The notes under the pieces are model-generated. The model was not told where the DNA came from, did not search any database, and worked only from the letters and a program-made list of their open reading frames with translations. DNA of 32,000 nt, taken from assembly GCF_017876815.1 (NCBI RefSeq), contig NZ_JAGIOS010000001.1, positions 2,340,001 through 2,372,000 on the forward strand. The letters are read 5' to 3'. Shown here one piece after another: positions 31,847 to 32,000 of the stretch; the first letter of the stretch is position 1; each line of letters begins with the position of its first letter. The position numbers and the translations under genes are program-made. This DNA comes from Sinorhizobium meliloti. Lineage in GTDB: Bacteria > Pseudomonadota > Alphaproteobacteria > Rhizobiales > Rhizobiaceae.

Positions 31847-32000
31847 GCCCGCTTCTGACCGTCGAGGACCTCCGGGTCCGGTTCCCGACGCGCACCGGTG
31901 TAGTGGAGGCGGTGCGCGGCGTTTCCTTTACTCTCGGGCGCGAGCGCCTCGGCATCGTCGGCGAAAGCGGCTCCGGCAAGTCGCAGACGGGCCGCGCCAT
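31843..32000 (+). CDS. Peptide ABC transporter ATP-binding protein, 5' part (truncated by the window end)
   Basis: My own translation from the ATG at 31843 (ATGA overlap with the previous stop): [52 protein letters not shown], which includes the Walker A GESGSGKS. Confidence 0.8.
   Translation, partial: MSPLLTVEDLRVRFPTRTGVVEAVRGVSFTLGRERLGIVGESGSGKSQTGRA

Overview
This is a high-GC, gene-dense alpha-proteobacterial chromosome segment. From memory, the gene order matches Sinorhizobium/Ensifer meliloti-type genomes; I cannot verify that here.

Contents, left to right:
- (1) A polyol utilisation operon, smoEFGK-smoS-mtlK, extended by a HAD phosphatase and an FGGY pentulose kinase. The ATPase gene smoK is split by a 1-nt frameshift.
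- (2) The general-stress-response (GSR) core: phyR(rsiB1) divergent from nepR(rsiA1)-ecfG(rpoE2), followed by an HWE/HisKA_2 kinase (rsiC-like). Two canonical back-to-back GGAAC-N16/17-CGTT promoters are readable in the spacer.
- (3) An ElaB/YqjD-like and YqjE-like membrane stress pair.
- (4) The heme uptake locus hmuPSTUV (minus strand), divergent from an exported ORF plus tonB. A DUF2325 / 88-aa ORF / IsdG(HmuQ)-like monooxygenase trio follows. Each of the two upstream regions carries a TGA-N9-TCA (RirA IRO-type) box.
- (5) A 2,550-bp IS21-family element (istA/istB). It has ~50-bp imperfect terminal inverted repeats and a 7-bp target duplication. It inserted into a small palindromic intergenic repeat and altered the 3' end of a Phd/YefM-like orphan antitoxin ORF.
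- (6) A truncated-hemoglobin (group II) and DUF423 gene pair.
- (7) A vapBC toxin-antitoxin module.
- (8) A TetR and SMR efflux pair.
- (9) An M19 dipeptidase plus a Dpp/Opp-type peptide ABC transporter, whose ATPase is cut by the window end.

I saw no rRNA, tRNA or CRISPR array.

Most worth following up:
- a candidate EcfG-dependent small RNA between the kinase gene and phyR;
- the iron-box-preceded DUF2325 / small ORF / HmuQ-like module;
- the smoK frameshift;
- the IS insertion, whose empty site can be reconstructed;
- several families of palindromic intergenic repeats.

The many long ORFs antisense to real genes are GC-driven artefacts. Coordinates of non-CDS motifs were hand-counted against ORF-track anchors and may be off by 1-2 nt.
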